Virus genome (UHGV): UHGV-0035288
Length of the DNA stretch: 44,443 bases
Reading direction: 5' to 3' (one strand)
Origin: a virus
Each line of letters begins with the position of its first letter. Positions within the stretch are counted from its first letter, which is position 1. Below the pieces are notes generated by a model. The model did no database searches. It was not told where the DNA came from and worked only from the letters and a program-made list of their open reading frames with translations. The position numbers and the translations under genes were made by a program. Positions 26,380 to 34,458 of this stretch are shown here, piece by piece.

Positions 26380-27518
26380 TTCAACATTTCCGGGCTAATG
26401 GTTAAGCGCGCTACTTCGCCGTAGTTGGCGCTATAGGTGATGACGTTTGCGCTGCGACCGGACATCCAACCACCACGACTGGCGTAGGCGTCTTTCGCTG
26501 CGAGCGTCCGGTGCTGTTCAACAATCATGTTGCGAGACTCGACAATCTTCTGGTGGTGCAAATGCCCTACGTGCGCGTAGCTGTATTCGCTTGACCCGAA
26601 CGCCTGTCTGAATTTAGAAATCATGACGGTTTCGATAGCATCAAAGCGCGCTTTGTGCCCGTGGTGGAAAAATAGCGTGGTCTTGCCGTGCTGCACCATT
26701 TTGTAGACGTCCGGGGACGTATCCACATCGACGCGCGGCTCGTTCTCGTACAGCGTGTTGAACATCTCAGCAAGCCAAATCATGCCCGACTCATCATGAT
26801 TCCCCTGGACGATTAGCAGTTTGACTTTGTGGTGTTTTTGCAGCGCCAGTTCGACGACGTTGCGCACCATGCGAATCATGTAGCGGACCAACTTCTGGTA
26901 TCGGGTGTCGGCGTCCAGTATGTGACCACTTGCCGGAGTGACAGCATCGAGGCTATCAAAGTGGGCCATATCACCGAGGATATTAATTACGGCAGTGCCT
27001 GCGTCCGGGGCGCGTGCGAAGGCTTCGACAAACCAGCGGTAGAACAGGTCTTCGGCGATCGCCATATCCCAGTCTTCTCCAGTCTCCTCTCCCCATGCCA
27101 ACATGCCCAGGTGGAAGTCTGACACGGTGTACAGGTTGAGCAAGTCGAGCGCCTGGATCGGTACTGGCGGGGCTTTTACTGGCGCTGCCGGTGTGATTTC
27201 GCTGTTCATCCCCTCGACAACAGCGCGCATGGCTTCGAGTTGGCGCTCTTTGTCCTGCTCAGTGATGACCCACGACATGACCTCTTCGCCATTGCCGCGT
27301 ACCAGGGCGGATACGCGCTTAACCCCGAAGCCATCGGCAACGCGCTTACGGATTACGGCATCGTTACCGTGACCAATACCTTTCTTCGACAGGCGGGCTT
27401 TGCGCATGTAGACGTTTCGTAGGGATAAACCGTACTTCTTAGAAATCTCTTTCGATGTAGCGCCGGATTGTAATTCAGCAATCAATTGCTCGTCGGTGAT
27501 TTTAGTTTGCGGGTGCAT
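26376..27518 (-). CDS. metallophosphoesterase (calcineurin-like) with N-terminal HTH-like region
   Basis: Start moved to ATG 27518 (AGGAAG SD). Phosphoesterase signature blocks GDxHxD-like (ILGDMAHFD), GNHD (IVQGNHDES), GHxH (HVGHLHH). Confidence 0.65.
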   Translation of the reverse strand: MHPQTKITDEQLIAELQSGATSKEISKKYGLSLRNVYMRKARLSKKGIGHGNDAVIRKRVADGFGVKRVSALVRGNGEEVMSWVITEQDKERQLEAMRAVVEGMNSEITPAAPVKAPPVPIQALDLLNLYTVSDFHLGMLAWGEETGEDWDMAIAEDLFYRWFVEAFARAPDAGTAVINILGDMAHFDSLDAVTPASGHILDADTRYQKLVRYMIRMVRNVVELALQKHHKVKLLIVQGNHDESGMIWLAEMFNTLYENEPRVDVDTSPDVYKMVQHGKTTLFFHHGHKARFDAIETVMISKFRQAFGSSEYSYAHVGHLHHQKIVESRNMIVEQHRTLAAKDAYASRGGWMSGRSANVITYSANYGEVARLTISPEMLK

Positions 27519-27579
27519 ATTAATCCACTTCCTGATTATGGGTCCGAGGACAATATACCACGGTCCCGAGTCAAGCAAT

Positions 27580-27603
27580 AAAAAGCCCGGAATTAACCGG
27601 GCT
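27580..27603 (-). terminator. rho-independent terminator
   Basis: GCCCGG-AATTAA-CCGGGC hairpin with T5 on minus strand; downstream of Ig-like gene. Confidence 0.65.
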
Positions 27604-27610
27604 TGTGGTT

Positions 27611-28024
27611 TTATTCTCCTGCTTCCGTTACGGTGAAGATGGCGGACGCCATTGCCCCGCTACCATCGGAGGCCACCCAAAAGATGTGGGCGCTACCTGC
27701 CGTTTGGGCTGTGATTTCTCCGGTAGTCTGATCGATCGCCGCACAGGCAGGATTCGACGACACCCACGACCCGGCCTTGTTAGTCGCGTCGGGTGGCTGG
27801 ACCGCAACCGAAGCGGTGGCCTTCGCACCAACTGCGGCGGATTCCGGTGTGATAGTTACGGTCGCACTTGTCACCGGCTTACTTTCCGGCGGGCTGGGTA
27901 ACTTCGCGTCGAATACCCCCGCATGGCTGATCGTATCCGCTACAATAGCGCGTGCGCCTGGGTCTTCGGTTTTAGCCAGCGCGGCAAGCGCGTCGGCGTT
28001 ATGATCAAGAATACTTTTTAACAT
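27611..28024 (-). CDS. Ig-like (Big_2-type) domain protein
   Basis: 137 aa; C-terminal Thr/Ala/Ser-rich beta-strand pattern typical of bacterial Ig-like domains; downstream of endolysin. Confidence 0.45.
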   Translation of the reverse strand: MLKSILDHNADALAALAKTEDPGARAIVADTISHAGVFDAKLPSPPESKPVTSATVTITPESAAVGAKATASVAVQPPDATNKAGSWVSSNPACAAIDQTTGEITAQTAGSAHIFWVASDGSGAMASAIFTVTEAGE

Positions 28025-28040
28025 ACTGTGTTACCCCGTA

Positions 28041-28532
28041 TTATGCTGCGTTACGTCCGATCTTCTCGGCAACGTCCCACTGCTTACCATCAAATAGCGC
28101 CTGCCTGCCGATTGCTCGACGGACTAACCCCTTCAGCACTTCGCCACCTTGCTTGCGGAACTGCGGCAGAGTAGCCCGTACCTTCGCCCAGTCGCCCAGT
28201 CGCACCGCATCGTCAAAGTCGTTGGCAATGTTGTCCGGTACGATCGGACCCGGACCGGCATTGATTACCAGGTCCACCAGCGCGTCGAATTGCGCCTGGT
28301 TAATGCTCGGATGCGCGTATTTGTTCACCCAGTCCTCGGCATACGCCACATCGCGCTTGAGCAGTTCCAGCGCTTCAGCACGGGTAATGCTTCTAGGCGG
28401 ATTAGTGCCGGTGTGCCCATAACCCCAGGTGTACAGGCCGCGGGCCTGCTCTTTCTTGGTCGCGAAATACGGCACCGGGCTGAAAGCCTCCCATGCTGCC
28501 GTAAATCGTAGACCGTTATCACTGAATCGCAT
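28041..28532 (-). CDS. endolysin (lysozyme-like muramidase)
   Basis: 163 aa; E...GYGHT-type lysozyme motif (YTWGYGHTG); start overlaps holin gene; no signal peptide. Confidence 0.7.
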   Translation of the reverse strand: MRFSDNGLRFTAAWEAFSPVPYFATKKEQARGLYTWGYGHTGTNPPRSITRAEALELLKRDVAYAEDWVNKYAHPSINQAQFDALVDLVINAGPGPIVPDNIANDFDDAVRLGDWAKVRATLPQFRKQGGEVLKGLVRRAIGRQALFDGKQWDVAEKIGRNAA

Positions 28533-28764
28533 GTTTTACCCCATTCAAAACAGCATTACGCAGGGTGCGCAATGCAAACAGCCAGATTAACGCGGTCCAG
28601 GTGGCATCAGATACGTCTCCCGCTTGCAACAGCCCGACAATACAGGTCATTGCTGTTAGCAGATATAACACCCGACCGAAGAAGCCATCCTGAACGGACG
28701 GCGCATACACGTTAAACAGGGACGAAGCCCCTATGATAACAAACAACAGGACGGTGAGAATCAT
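28519..28764 (-). CDS. holin
   Basis: 81 aa with two to three hydrophobic helices; immediately upstream of endolysin, overlapping. Confidence 0.55.
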   Translation of the reverse strand: MILTVLLFVIIGASSLFNVYAPSVQDGFFGRVLYLLTAMTCIVGLLQAGDVSDATWTALIWLFALRTLRNAVLNGVKHAIQ

Positions 28765-29051
28765 TTTGCGCCCCCCGGAAGGTGTAGCGACGCAATTGTC
28801 TCCCGGATCCGGTCAGCTATTGGCATCCAGAAGATGGCAGTTACGAAGCCCAAACCGGCAACAGTGCGCTCGCCAGACAAACCAGACCACTCGGCAATAG
28901 CTGGCGCACCAAATATGGCACACAGGAAGCCAACTACGACATATAAAACGAAGTTCAACGGCCCTTTCGTTGCCTCGCCATGAATGCGTGCGCCGACGAA
29001 GCCACCAGCAAGACACGCAAGGGCGAATAACCACTCGTTTAGCTTATCCAT
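28761..29051 (-). CDS. holin-like membrane protein (second holin or antiholin)
   Basis: 96 aa, three hydrophobic segments; ATG 29051; overlaps next holin (ATGA). Confidence 0.5.
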   Translation of the reverse strand: MDKLNEWLFALACLAGGFVGARIHGEATKGPLNFVLYVVVGFLCAIFGAPAIAEWSGLSGERTVAGLGFVTAIFWMPIADRIRETIASLHLPGGAK

Positions 29052-29085
29052 AAAAAAGTCCCAGTAAGTTTTATCTCACTGGGAC
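29052..29085 (-). terminator. terminator-like hairpin abutting lysis cassette start
   Basis: GTCCCAGT...ACTGGGAC stem (29058-29065 / 29078-29085) followed on minus strand by T6 that runs directly into the holin ATG. Confidence 0.5.
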
Positions 29086-29103
29086 TATATCACGCTTGCA
29101 TAA

Positions 29104-29391
29104 TTAATCGAAAATGGACCACTTGCCGACGCCTTTCCACTCCCACCCGGATGATCGGACGGCTTCGAACATCCGGCCCCCTATCATATCCCGATACCAC
29201 AGCCACCACATGCGCAACCTGGTCGGGTGCTCCTTGATTCCACGGCGCTTGTATATCCGGAACGTCATGCGGGTAATGCTGGCAGCTTCGACGGCGGGCC
29301 AAATCAGGAAGACCCACACCAACAGCGCCAGCACCATAGCAAAGAGTGCCGCACACCCCAACCCAAACCAATATATCAAATCGTGTAGCAT
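29104..29391 (-). CDS. small membrane protein
   Basis: 95 aa; hydrophobic helix (GLGCAALFAMVLALLVWVFLIW); preferred over the overlapping 114-aa frame. Confidence 0.45.
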   Translation of the reverse strand: MLHDLIYWFGLGCAALFAMVLALLVWVFLIWPAVEAASITRMTFRIYKRRGIKEHPTRLRMWWLWYRDMIGGRMFEAVRSSGWEWKGVGKWSIFD

Positions 29392-29516
29392 AGAATTGCC
29401 CCTTCCGGCTTGCCGATATGGCGCGCCCAGGCACGCGCCACGAAGTAATTGCGAAATACCCTACCGCCTACCTCAAAGCGGTTATGCTGAAGCATATCCC
29501 GGATCGTCGCGCTCAT
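29376..29516 (-). CDS. possible small ORF (46 aa)
   Basis: ATG 29516 overlaps upstream stop (ATGA); below ORF-track size cutoff; translated by hand. Confidence 0.3.
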   Translation of the reverse strand: MSATIRDMLQHNRFEVGGRVFRNYFVARAWARHIGKPEGAILCYTI

Positions 29517-30070
29517 TTCAGAATCACCGAGCGCGGGTCGATGGCCTTCATGCTGCCGTCTCGTTCAACCCGGATGAATCCAACGCCGTATTCCTGTGCA
29601 TAGCGCTGTGCATTCGTCACGGCATCAAAGCGATTGACGATTTCGTGTACGGTGCGGCCCATCTTCGCCTGCGCCTGGTGGGCGTCGTAGGTTGCGTAGG
29701 CTGGCTGTGACTTGCGGAACTCAACGCGCTCATGCGGCTGGCGGGCACGAAGGCAGTATTTTCGGCCCACTCGCTCGTAGTTGACCAGCCCGAAGTAAGT
29801 CATACCTGCTACGCCACCCTTGCGGGATTGCATACGCAGGCCATGAAGGCCGACATATTCAACGATCCAAATACTACCGTCGCGGGTATCACGCAGCACA
29901 TCGCCGCGCTCAATATCGTGGGTCAGTACATCAAAGTTTTCATACAGCCCGTCTTTCTTCGCCCACCAGACCCGACTGCCCGCCGCGTTTTGTAGGCGCA
30001 CGTATGCGTCCAGGGTCTGGATCGGCTTCAGAATACGACCATCGTGCTTACGGCGGAATAGTAATTTCAT
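29513..30070 (-). CDS. hypothetical protein
   Basis: 185 aa; ATG 30070 overlaps upstream stop (ATGA). Confidence 0.5.
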   Translation of the reverse strand: MKLLFRRKHDGRILKPIQTLDAYVRLQNAAGSRVWWAKKDGLYENFDVLTHDIERGDVLRDTRDGSIWIVEYVGLHGLRMQSRKGGVAGMTYFGLVNYERVGRKYCLRARQPHERVEFRKSQPAYATYDAHQAQAKMGRTVHEIVNRFDAVTNAQRYAQEYGVGFIRVERDGSMKAIDPRSVILK

Positions 30071-30219
30071 TGTTCTGTCTCCTCAATCTCGTCAACAGTC
30101 TTATAGTCGCCATCGCATACCGTAGCGATGCCGTCCATCTCATAATCAGCTATGCAGGCGTCTACTGAAATAAACTTCTGCGAGAATCCAGCCATTAGCG
30201 CTCTTTGCATTGGTGTCAT
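30067..30219 (-). CDS. small hypothetical protein (50 aa)
   Basis: GGAGACTGAGCAA then ATG 30219; MTPMQRALMAGFSQKF...; stop overlaps next start; below ORF-track cutoff. Confidence 0.4.
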   Translation of the reverse strand: MTPMQRALMAGFSQKFISVDACIADYEMDGIATVCDGDYKTVDEIEETEQ

Positions 30220-30368
30220 TTGCTCAGTCTCCGATAGTTATTGTTCAGGGTAAATTGGCTGATAGTGTGGCGGGATTTGGTTTTTGGGTGCATGAGCGTA
30301 ACGCTTCCGTTCCCTTCCCACACCACGAGATAAATCAATCCGGTGGCCTTGCTCTTGACTCGGATCAT
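30216..30368 (-). CDS. small hypothetical protein (50 aa)
   Basis: Identical 17-nt initiation region (GGAGACTGAGCAAATGA) as neighbour; MIRVKSKATGLIYLVVWEGNGSVTLMHPK...; ATGA overlaps on both sides. Confidence 0.4.
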   Translation of the reverse strand: MIRVKSKATGLIYLVVWEGNGSVTLMHPKTKSRHTISQFTLNNNYRRLSK

Positions 30369-30634
30369 TTGCTCAGTCTCCAGTGTTTGCCTACCCGCTC
30401 AACGGCGGGCTTCCGGCGTAATGTAATACGAATGCCAATTGGTTGCAAGGACGTTTTTATGGCTAACCCATGCTCCCTGGCGAACTGGCGCAAGTAGCGG
30501 GTCTGCGTTAATGGCTTCACATCGTCGCGATAGCACCAGAACACAGAATCGCCCTCATTCGCATTCTTAGCCCATATTCGTATGCAATGCAGTGGGATGC
30601 TCCACGAAAGCTGTTTAGCTCGTCTACGGCCCAT
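30365..30634 (-). CDS. hypothetical protein
   Basis: 89 aa; AAGGGG SD then ATG 30634. Confidence 0.5.
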   Translation of the reverse strand: MGRRRAKQLSWSIPLHCIRIWAKNANEGDSVFWCYRDDVKPLTQTRYLRQFAREHGLAIKTSLQPIGIRITLRRKPAVERVGKHWRLSK

Positions 30635-30643
30635 TCTGGCCCC

Positions 30644-30970
30644 TTATTTCGCAAGCTTGGCAAATAGTTCGCGCTGGGCTTTAATCCGGGCAACGTTTGT
30701 CACTGCCTTCTCGCCGATCCCGAAGCGATACGCCAGGCGCTCACGGGCAAATGCCAGCGCGTAGTCCTGGATAGCGTTCGCCAACGGCTGGATCTCTCCC
30801 ATAGTGTCGAAGCGGCGCTCAAGCATACAGGCGATGGCCTGCTGCGTGACGCGAACAACAGACCACGCTGCCGATAGTCTTTCGACCGCTTCCGCTCCTT
30901 CACCGGCGAACTCCGCCGCTTCTTGTGCCGCCGCCATAGCCATTGCGTAATTCCAGATAATCGCTTTCAT
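30644..30970 (-). CDS. hypothetical protein (first gene of leftward small-gene operon)
   Basis: 108 aa; GAGGA SD then ATG 30970; promoter motifs just upstream. Confidence 0.5.
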   Translation of the reverse strand: MKAIIWNYAMAMAAAQEAAEFAGEGAEAVERLSAAWSVVRVTQQAIACMLERRFDTMGEIQPLANAIQDYALAFARERLAYRFGIGEKAVTNVARIKAQRELFAKLAK

Positions 30971-30991
30971 CGTTCAGTCCTCATGTTGGTG

Positions 30992-31031
30992 TGCAACCAA
31001 TATAGCAGGGTGCTGGAGTGGGTGCAACCAA
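30992..31031 (-). promoter_or_regulatory. promoter region with two TTGGTTGCA motifs (minus orientation)
   Basis: TGCAACCAA on plus at 30992-31000 and 31023-31031; same leader (TTGGTTGCACACCAACA..GAGGAC) as upstream of 20281. Confidence 0.5.
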
Positions 31032-31182
31032 TATTAATCACGCGCATGAAAAAGTTGATCGCTATCTGCTGTAACTGCAAACTGCATTTTTCACCCACCA
31101 TTCTGCAACGCGCATTGGTTGCCTAGTTCATCGACGACCGCAATTCGCATCTTGTTGCCGTGCGTTATGCAATCCCGGATTT

Positions 31183-31370
31183 TATGCAGTCTCAGACGAG
31201 GGGGGTGCCAGACCCCCCGTCTAGTCTGAAAGACTGGGGTGCTGTCCCGCTGTCCCGCTCCTCGCCAGGCCGCGTCATCCGGGGCGGGACGGGGGTGCTG
31301 TCCCGCTTTGTCCCGCCCCTGGTCTGTCCCGCTTTTTGTCCCGCTTACTTTATGCAGTTTTATTGCATAA
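31183..31370. repeat. iteron-rich element, copy 2
   Basis: Same hairpin (31188-31237) and TGTCCCGC repeats (31243, 31251, 31299, 31309, 31325, 31337; inverted GCGGGAC at 31284) as 14353-14520; in 480-bp intergenic gap downstream of primase-helicase. Confidence 0.8.
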
Positions 31371-31450
31371 CTATGCATTATACTCACACTACACGGCAAC
31401 CAACACGACCGACTAAAAGCACGCAAAATGGCAACCAATGCGCGCAAAAT

Positions 31451-33715
31451 TTAATCTTTTAAATCGTCATCGGTCGCTAAAAGCGTGATAGGGATATCCG
31501 ATTTGATGACCAAATTAGACGACCCATAGATGGCCCCGGTGTGTGGATCGGTGTAAAAACCTATCACTCCTCGCTCCACCATATCGTCGATTGCCTTCGT
31601 CGAAGTGCCACCTTTTGCCAGCCCAGCCTGGCGGACAATTGCCGATTTACTGAATCCAGTATGGTCCGGGTTATCTTCCATCAGTTTTTCCAGTGCCGCA
31701 TAAAGCACTTTCTCTTTTTCGTTGCGCGGTCCGGCGGTGTTCTCTTCCTTAACCGCGGCCTTGCCTGCCGCCTTCGCCTGTTCAATAGCGAACGGTGCCA
31801 GGGCAACCGGTACGAGGTAGAGAGTCTCGTCGCGTGGCGTGGAGGCAATCGGCTTGACGTCCCAACCGGCAACCACGTCACCGAAGTCTGGCCCGGTGCT
31901 GGTGGACTGGTGCGCCTCGAACGCCTCAGATTTGCGGAGATCCACCTTCACCTTGCACTTGAGCAGGACGAAGCCGCGCGGCGCTTGCTTGATGCCGTTA
32001 CGTGACTTCTCATGATACAGGTTCAATTGTCCGGGCTGGTTGTCGTCCGGCTGTTCCAGGAAGAACGCAGAATCGACAGCACCATGCAGCGCGCCGGACC
32101 CGCGTGGCGTTCTGCTGCCGTTTGCACCTTTAGCCGGGTGGTGGATGACGCCCGCACTGCCACCTGTATTTTCCGCGATGGCCTTCAGCGCTTTGACCAC
32201 TTCACCCATATCGCTGGCGTTGTTCTCGTCGAACGGTTTAGCCTCGGCGGACCGCAACGCAACAGTCTGGTTGAGTGAGTCGAACGCCACCAGGCCAACC
32301 GGTTCGCCATTAGCGGTGCGGTTGATAAAGCTGATAACTTCGCGCAAGCCCGATTTGCTGGTGATATCCCAGCCGCGTGACTGCAGATCGATAATGTGCA
32401 GCTTGTCCAGGTCGTGCTCATATTTAATCTGCAATGCTTCTTTACGCTGGTTGGAGGCTTCGCCACCTTCCGCGTCGAAATAGAAGCAATGAGACTGGAC
32501 GACCTTCGCACCGCCAAACGGAATACCCGCGGCAACCGCGCCCATCTGGCCCAGCACGTAGAAAGACTTACCGATATTCGACTCACCCGCCATGTACCAG
32601 GTCGATTTAAAGTTAATCAACCCCTCGATAATCGGGTCGTGCTTACTGAACAGCGCAACCGGCTCGTTATCCAGATCCGCATCGGTGCACCCGCCATATT
32701 CTTCGCCGTCGCCAACCGCATCAACAATATGTTCATATAAGGATTCGACTTCCTCGTCGTCCAGCCCCGGAAGGATGGCGGCGATTTGCTTACGGGACAT
32801 ATTGTGTGGCTCGACGTTCAGGTGGTCCGGTATCCCGATGAGACGTAGCGCCAGGTGCTGGTGTCTATTTAGCTCCGAGCAACACTCGTTGCCGGTGTGC
32901 ATACACTTGAAACGGATCTCGCCATCCTTAACCATGATAGCCGTCGACCCTTCGCCGCTGTGCAGATGTTCGTTCGGGCACGGCACTTCATAGCCCCGCC
33001 CGGAAGATAACTCCTCGAATCCTGCCTGGAAGCACCAGTCCAGAATGCCGTCTGCCACTGCGTCGTCGCCCTGGGTCAGTTCGCGGCGAACTTCCTCCTT
33101 CTCCACGCCCAACTTATCCGCCAGGCGGAGCAGACGACGGACGCGGGCGCGCTTGCCATAGTGGCACTTAATAACAGACTGCTGGTGTGGCAGGTACATC
33201 AGGCGGTTCGTGTCTTTCGTGCAATCGTCGAAGTCCACATCTGACAGACCCAGTTGGTGTAATAGTGCATACTGGACGCGGCCCAGGTCTTCTGCCGGTA
33301 CAGGCTTGTCCGTGAGCACCAGGAAACGGGCGCAACGCGTGCCGCCTTTCAGCGGGTGGCGGTCGCCGGTTGTGGTGTGAAAGACGTGCTCCAGTCCCGC
33401 GTCGATGAACGCCTTACGGCAGCGGCGTAGGGTGCGGGTGTCGGTACGGTCTATATCGAAGAACAGGATCGAGCGGTCCACCGCACTGGTCTTACGACGC
33501 AATCCGTCACTGGTATATGCCACGATGCCGTCGGCCTTACGCTTGCGGCGCGCATACTCGGCTTTATCTTCCGTTTTGTTGATATGCACCGAGGAGATTT
33601 CTTTCGCATCATTGATAAATTCGAAAAACTCTTCGGTAGTCATCTGGAAGTTTTCCGCCCTGGCTTTTTCGCCTTTTTTAGCGGGTCTTGTTACAGCGAA
33701 TTTAATTAAGCTCAT
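31451..33715 (-). CDS. DNA primase-helicase (N-terminal primase-polymerase-like domain, C-terminal P-loop helicase)
   Basis: 754 aa; Walker A-like GESNIGKS in C-terminal half, acidic and Cys/His-containing N-terminal half; ATG 33715. Confidence 0.75.
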   Translation of the reverse strand: MSLIKFAVTRPAKKGEKARAENFQMTTEEFFEFINDAKEISSVHINKTEDKAEYARRKRKADGIVAYTSDGLRRKTSAVDRSILFFDIDRTDTRTLRRCRKAFIDAGLEHVFHTTTGDRHPLKGGTRCARFLVLTDKPVPAEDLGRVQYALLHQLGLSDVDFDDCTKDTNRLMYLPHQQSVIKCHYGKRARVRRLLRLADKLGVEKEEVRRELTQGDDAVADGILDWCFQAGFEELSSGRGYEVPCPNEHLHSGEGSTAIMVKDGEIRFKCMHTGNECCSELNRHQHLALRLIGIPDHLNVEPHNMSRKQIAAILPGLDDEEVESLYEHIVDAVGDGEEYGGCTDADLDNEPVALFSKHDPIIEGLINFKSTWYMAGESNIGKSFYVLGQMGAVAAGIPFGGAKVVQSHCFYFDAEGGEASNQRKEALQIKYEHDLDKLHIIDLQSRGWDITSKSGLREVISFINRTANGEPVGLVAFDSLNQTVALRSAEAKPFDENNASDMGEVVKALKAIAENTGGSAGVIHHPAKGANGSRTPRGSGALHGAVDSAFFLEQPDDNQPGQLNLYHEKSRNGIKQAPRGFVLLKCKVKVDLRKSEAFEAHQSTSTGPDFGDVVAGWDVKPIASTPRDETLYLVPVALAPFAIEQAKAAGKAAVKEENTAGPRNEKEKVLYAALEKLMEDNPDHTGFSKSAIVRQAGLAKGGTSTKAIDDMVERGVIGFYTDPHTGAIYGSSNLVIKSDIPITLLATDDDLKD

Positions 33716-33725
33716 TGCCGTGGCC

Positions 33726-34055
33726 TTACTTAGAAGTTTTATTATTGCGTACCCAGGAGCGCACTGTGCTCTGATTAATTCCGGTCAACTCGGCAATCAT
33801 CGCCCAGGATTTGCCCTCGGCGCGCAAACGGATAACCTGCTTTTTGTATTCTTCCATTTCTTCATTGTGCTTTTGCAGCTTGCTGGCTGCCGTACCGTTG
33901 AGCAATTCCAGCCTGGCGCGTAATTCTTTTTCTACACTGCGCAGGCGCTCTACCTCAAATAGCACCGCCCCAACGGCATCGGTATAAGCCCATGACCGGC
34001 TTGTTTCACTGCTAACAGTCTTCGTTAACATTTCGATTGCGTCGTCGATATTCAT
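33726..34055 (-). CDS. HTH DNA-binding regulator
   Basis: 109 aa; C-terminal helix-turn-helix (SWAMIAELTGINQSTVRSWV); GAGGG SD; first gene of leftward transcription from divergent control region. Confidence 0.55.
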   Translation of the reverse strand: MNIDDAIEMLTKTVSSETSRSWAYTDAVGAVLFEVERLRSVEKELRARLELLNGTAASKLQKHNEEMEEYKKQVIRLRAEGKSWAMIAELTGINQSTVRSWVRNNKTSK

Positions 34056-34185
34056 TGCTCTGCCCTCAGTTGGTTAATGACCAACGAAACTACACCTAAA
34101 ACCGCAAGGTGTCAAATCCTTTGGATATTGAAACGGGCGCGCACGCGTGTAATAATAATTCCCGTCTCATTGTCTCTTATTGGTT

Positions 34186-34220
34186 AGCGCCGTTGCATTT
34201 TGCCTCGGCGCTTTTTTTTT
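34186..34220 (+). terminator. orphan rho-independent terminator in the divergent control region
   Basis: AGCGCCG-13 nt loop-CGGCGCT followed by T9 (34212-34220); no coding gene precedes it on the plus strand within 3 kb. Confidence 0.5.
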
Positions 34221-34231
34221 GAAATTAGTTG

Positions 34232-34260
34232 TTGACTCCCTTCTGCAACCAATCTAATAT
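34232..34260 (+). promoter_or_regulatory. strong sigma70-like early promoter (TTGACT-17-TAATAT)
   Basis: -35 TTGACT 34232-34237, 17-bp spacer containing GCAACCAAT, -10 TAATAT 34255-34260. Confidence 0.6.
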
Positions 34261-34458
34261 TCCCCTCGTCGACAGGATGCAGGACGCAAACTGGAGAGGG
34301 GCAACGCAGGGGCCGGATCGAAGTGTCGGGATTCCCAACCGTGATGATATAACCCGGTCCACTACCCGAACGGGAGAACGCGCAACCGGGCAATATGTTA
34401 AGGCCACCGACGAAGTTAACTGCCGACACCTAAACTTAACCAATCGGAGATATAAAAC

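Noticed and set aside
29090-29434. 114-aa minus-strand ORF overlapping the 95-aa membrane protein
   Set aside because: Low-complexity Gly/Arg/Val-rich translation without hydrophobic helices; the 29104-29391 frame has a transmembrane segment and coupled start, so it was preferred.
34262-34458. tRNA or other small structured RNA gene in the 190-nt leader
   Set aside because: No cloverleaf-compatible D/T-arm motifs (no GTTCRANYC-like T-loop) were seen by eye; cannot be excluded without a covariance-model search.
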